NCBI GenBank assembly: GCA_013265495.1
Contig: MU058018.1
Coordinates: 72,033 to 118,459 of the forward strand
Source of the DNA: Vicugna vicugna
Lineage: Eukaryota
Direction of reading: 5' to 3'
Length of the DNA stretch: 46,427 nucleotides
Numbering within the stretch: the first letter of the stretch is position 1; every line of letters starts with the position of its first letter. The notes beneath the pieces are model-generated. The model was not told where the DNA came from. It did not search any database and saw only the letters and a list, made by a program, of their open reading frames with translations. Positions 44,797 to 46,427 of this stretch are shown piece by piece. Made by a program: the position numbers and the translations under genes.

Positions 44797-46427
44797 GTAA
44801 TAACTAATCGAGTGATTTTAATAAGAGTTAGAAGATATTGGAAATTTAACACACATATTTCTTTAAATTTATACTTTATTGTCATATGTATGTGGGTGTT
44901 TATATTATACGTCTCAGGTGTACTTGTATACTTTAAATGCCTAGGAAATGCTCGGAAAAATAAGCATCATCATTAATGAAGACAGGGATTTAATCTTTGG
45001 TGGATAATTATGTGCACAAGAAATGCTTTCACATTTATTGAAAATGTTTTAATCCCTTCTTAAGCTCACTGCCACTTTCCTCTTGCATCTTTTTTTTTCT
45101 AGGCTGTTTCCATTTGCCTGTTTTATCTTTTTTTTTTTTTATTAAACTAACCATTACCCATAGGCAACTACTCTCCAATCACCTGTGTTGGAGCATTTTA
45201 ATCTATTGATGGCATTCACCTATCATTATTCAAAATTAGTCAAGTAAATTTAAAGTCCTACTCCCCCATTTCACTTTATTTTCCCTTATAACATATCATC
45301 TTTTATGCTTGATGTCAGTGAAATTTCATGTAATGGTGATCTTCAATTTCTCTTTTGTACTTTTATATTTATTCATTTCTGAGTACACTGAGTTTCATCA
45401 ATACTAACTAGCTATTTTACACATTCCACTGTGACTTAGTTTTATATTGTCTTACCAACAAATTATAAGTTGCCTCCCTGGAAATTTCTGTGATCCATTA
45501 TAATTTTTAGCAAAGTTCCATTTGAAGTAGAACCTAGTAATAATCAGACAGTAGTCTCTAAAAAAATGAATAAACTATCCTTTTGTAAGAATTGAGAGTT
45601 AGGGGAGGGGCAGATTGTATTTTCATGCTTTCATTTTAGCTTAATGATTGGAGATTTAACAATACATAAAAGAAATACGGGAAAGCTAAAGAACATGTTG
45701 CAATCTTACCTGTTGCTCAAGTGCTCAGCACCGATATTAGTTAAGTACTTGAGATTCTATCAAAAATGGGGAGGCTACATGTAGTTTCTTACTGGATATT
45801 TTTCCTCCATCATCTCCACAGAATACCCAGGATTCACGTGTCTTTCTCATGACTTAATGTTGACTTTAAAAAAGGACAGCTCAGCATGGCATGCATGCCT
45901 CGGGGACCACTAATGTAGAGCCTAAGGACAGAACGAGGTAGAACAATTTCGAGGAGACAGTTTGTCAATGTGGGTTCATATAGCACTAATCTCACAAAAC
46001 GCCCCACAACAAAGGGTTTTCTGTCATATACAATTTGAACAGATTCAAAAAGAAGTCAAGGAGTAAAGAAATCTCTGTGCTTTTTTTCAACCACAGAGTT
46101 TTCACTCATTTATCACCTTTTTCTTCTTCTATATTTTTTAAATACCTAATAAATTCCATTGGATTGGATAATGCGATGGGGTGAAGGGTAAGTTAATGAA
46201 GCTAATACAGATTTTATTGCTTGCGAACTTTTTGGAAAGCCTTGCGGAGTGCCTCTTTTCCCATAGCTCAAAGCATTCATCAAAAAGATATTTTTCTAGA
46301 GATCAGGGCTGGACTTCACAGAAAATAATGACCTATTTATGAAGGCAATTGCTATTTCTACTTTAACTGTTCTGAATATTTAATTCTTACCATAATACCT
46401 CAGTGATTGCTTGCAAAAGGAACGAAT

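Overview
This is mammalian non-coding genomic DNA, intergenic or deep intronic. It is most likely camelid, inferred from two Vic-1-like tRNA-derived SINEs and the style of the L1 3' ends. I find no intact host gene, RNA gene or CRISPR array. The only recognisable protein sequences are transposon remnants: the L1 ORF2 C-terminus (1-663), a decayed ERVL gag/pol/dUTPase-like region (~26300-30500), a MaLR internal ORF (37869-38231) and a fragmented CR1/L3. The window also holds solo ERV1-type LTRs, MLT1 LTRs, a two-LTR MaLR element with a target-site duplication (TSD), hAT-Charlie DNA transposons, MIR/L2 relics and microsatellites. The most unusual signal is a cluster of local duplications: four near-identical head-to-tail duplications of 145-527 bp within about 20 kb, a 23 bp exact duplication, and an older ~200 bp copy inserted inside an MLT1 LTR. 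Several unique stretches carry strong regulatory motifs (a perfect NFI palindrome beside a TATA box, a near-perfect RFX X-box, paired PBX-HOX sites). I cannot support a new protein-coding system here. Repeat family names come from recalled consensus sequences and were not checked by a search. Boundaries of old repeats are approximate, and counts were made by eye.
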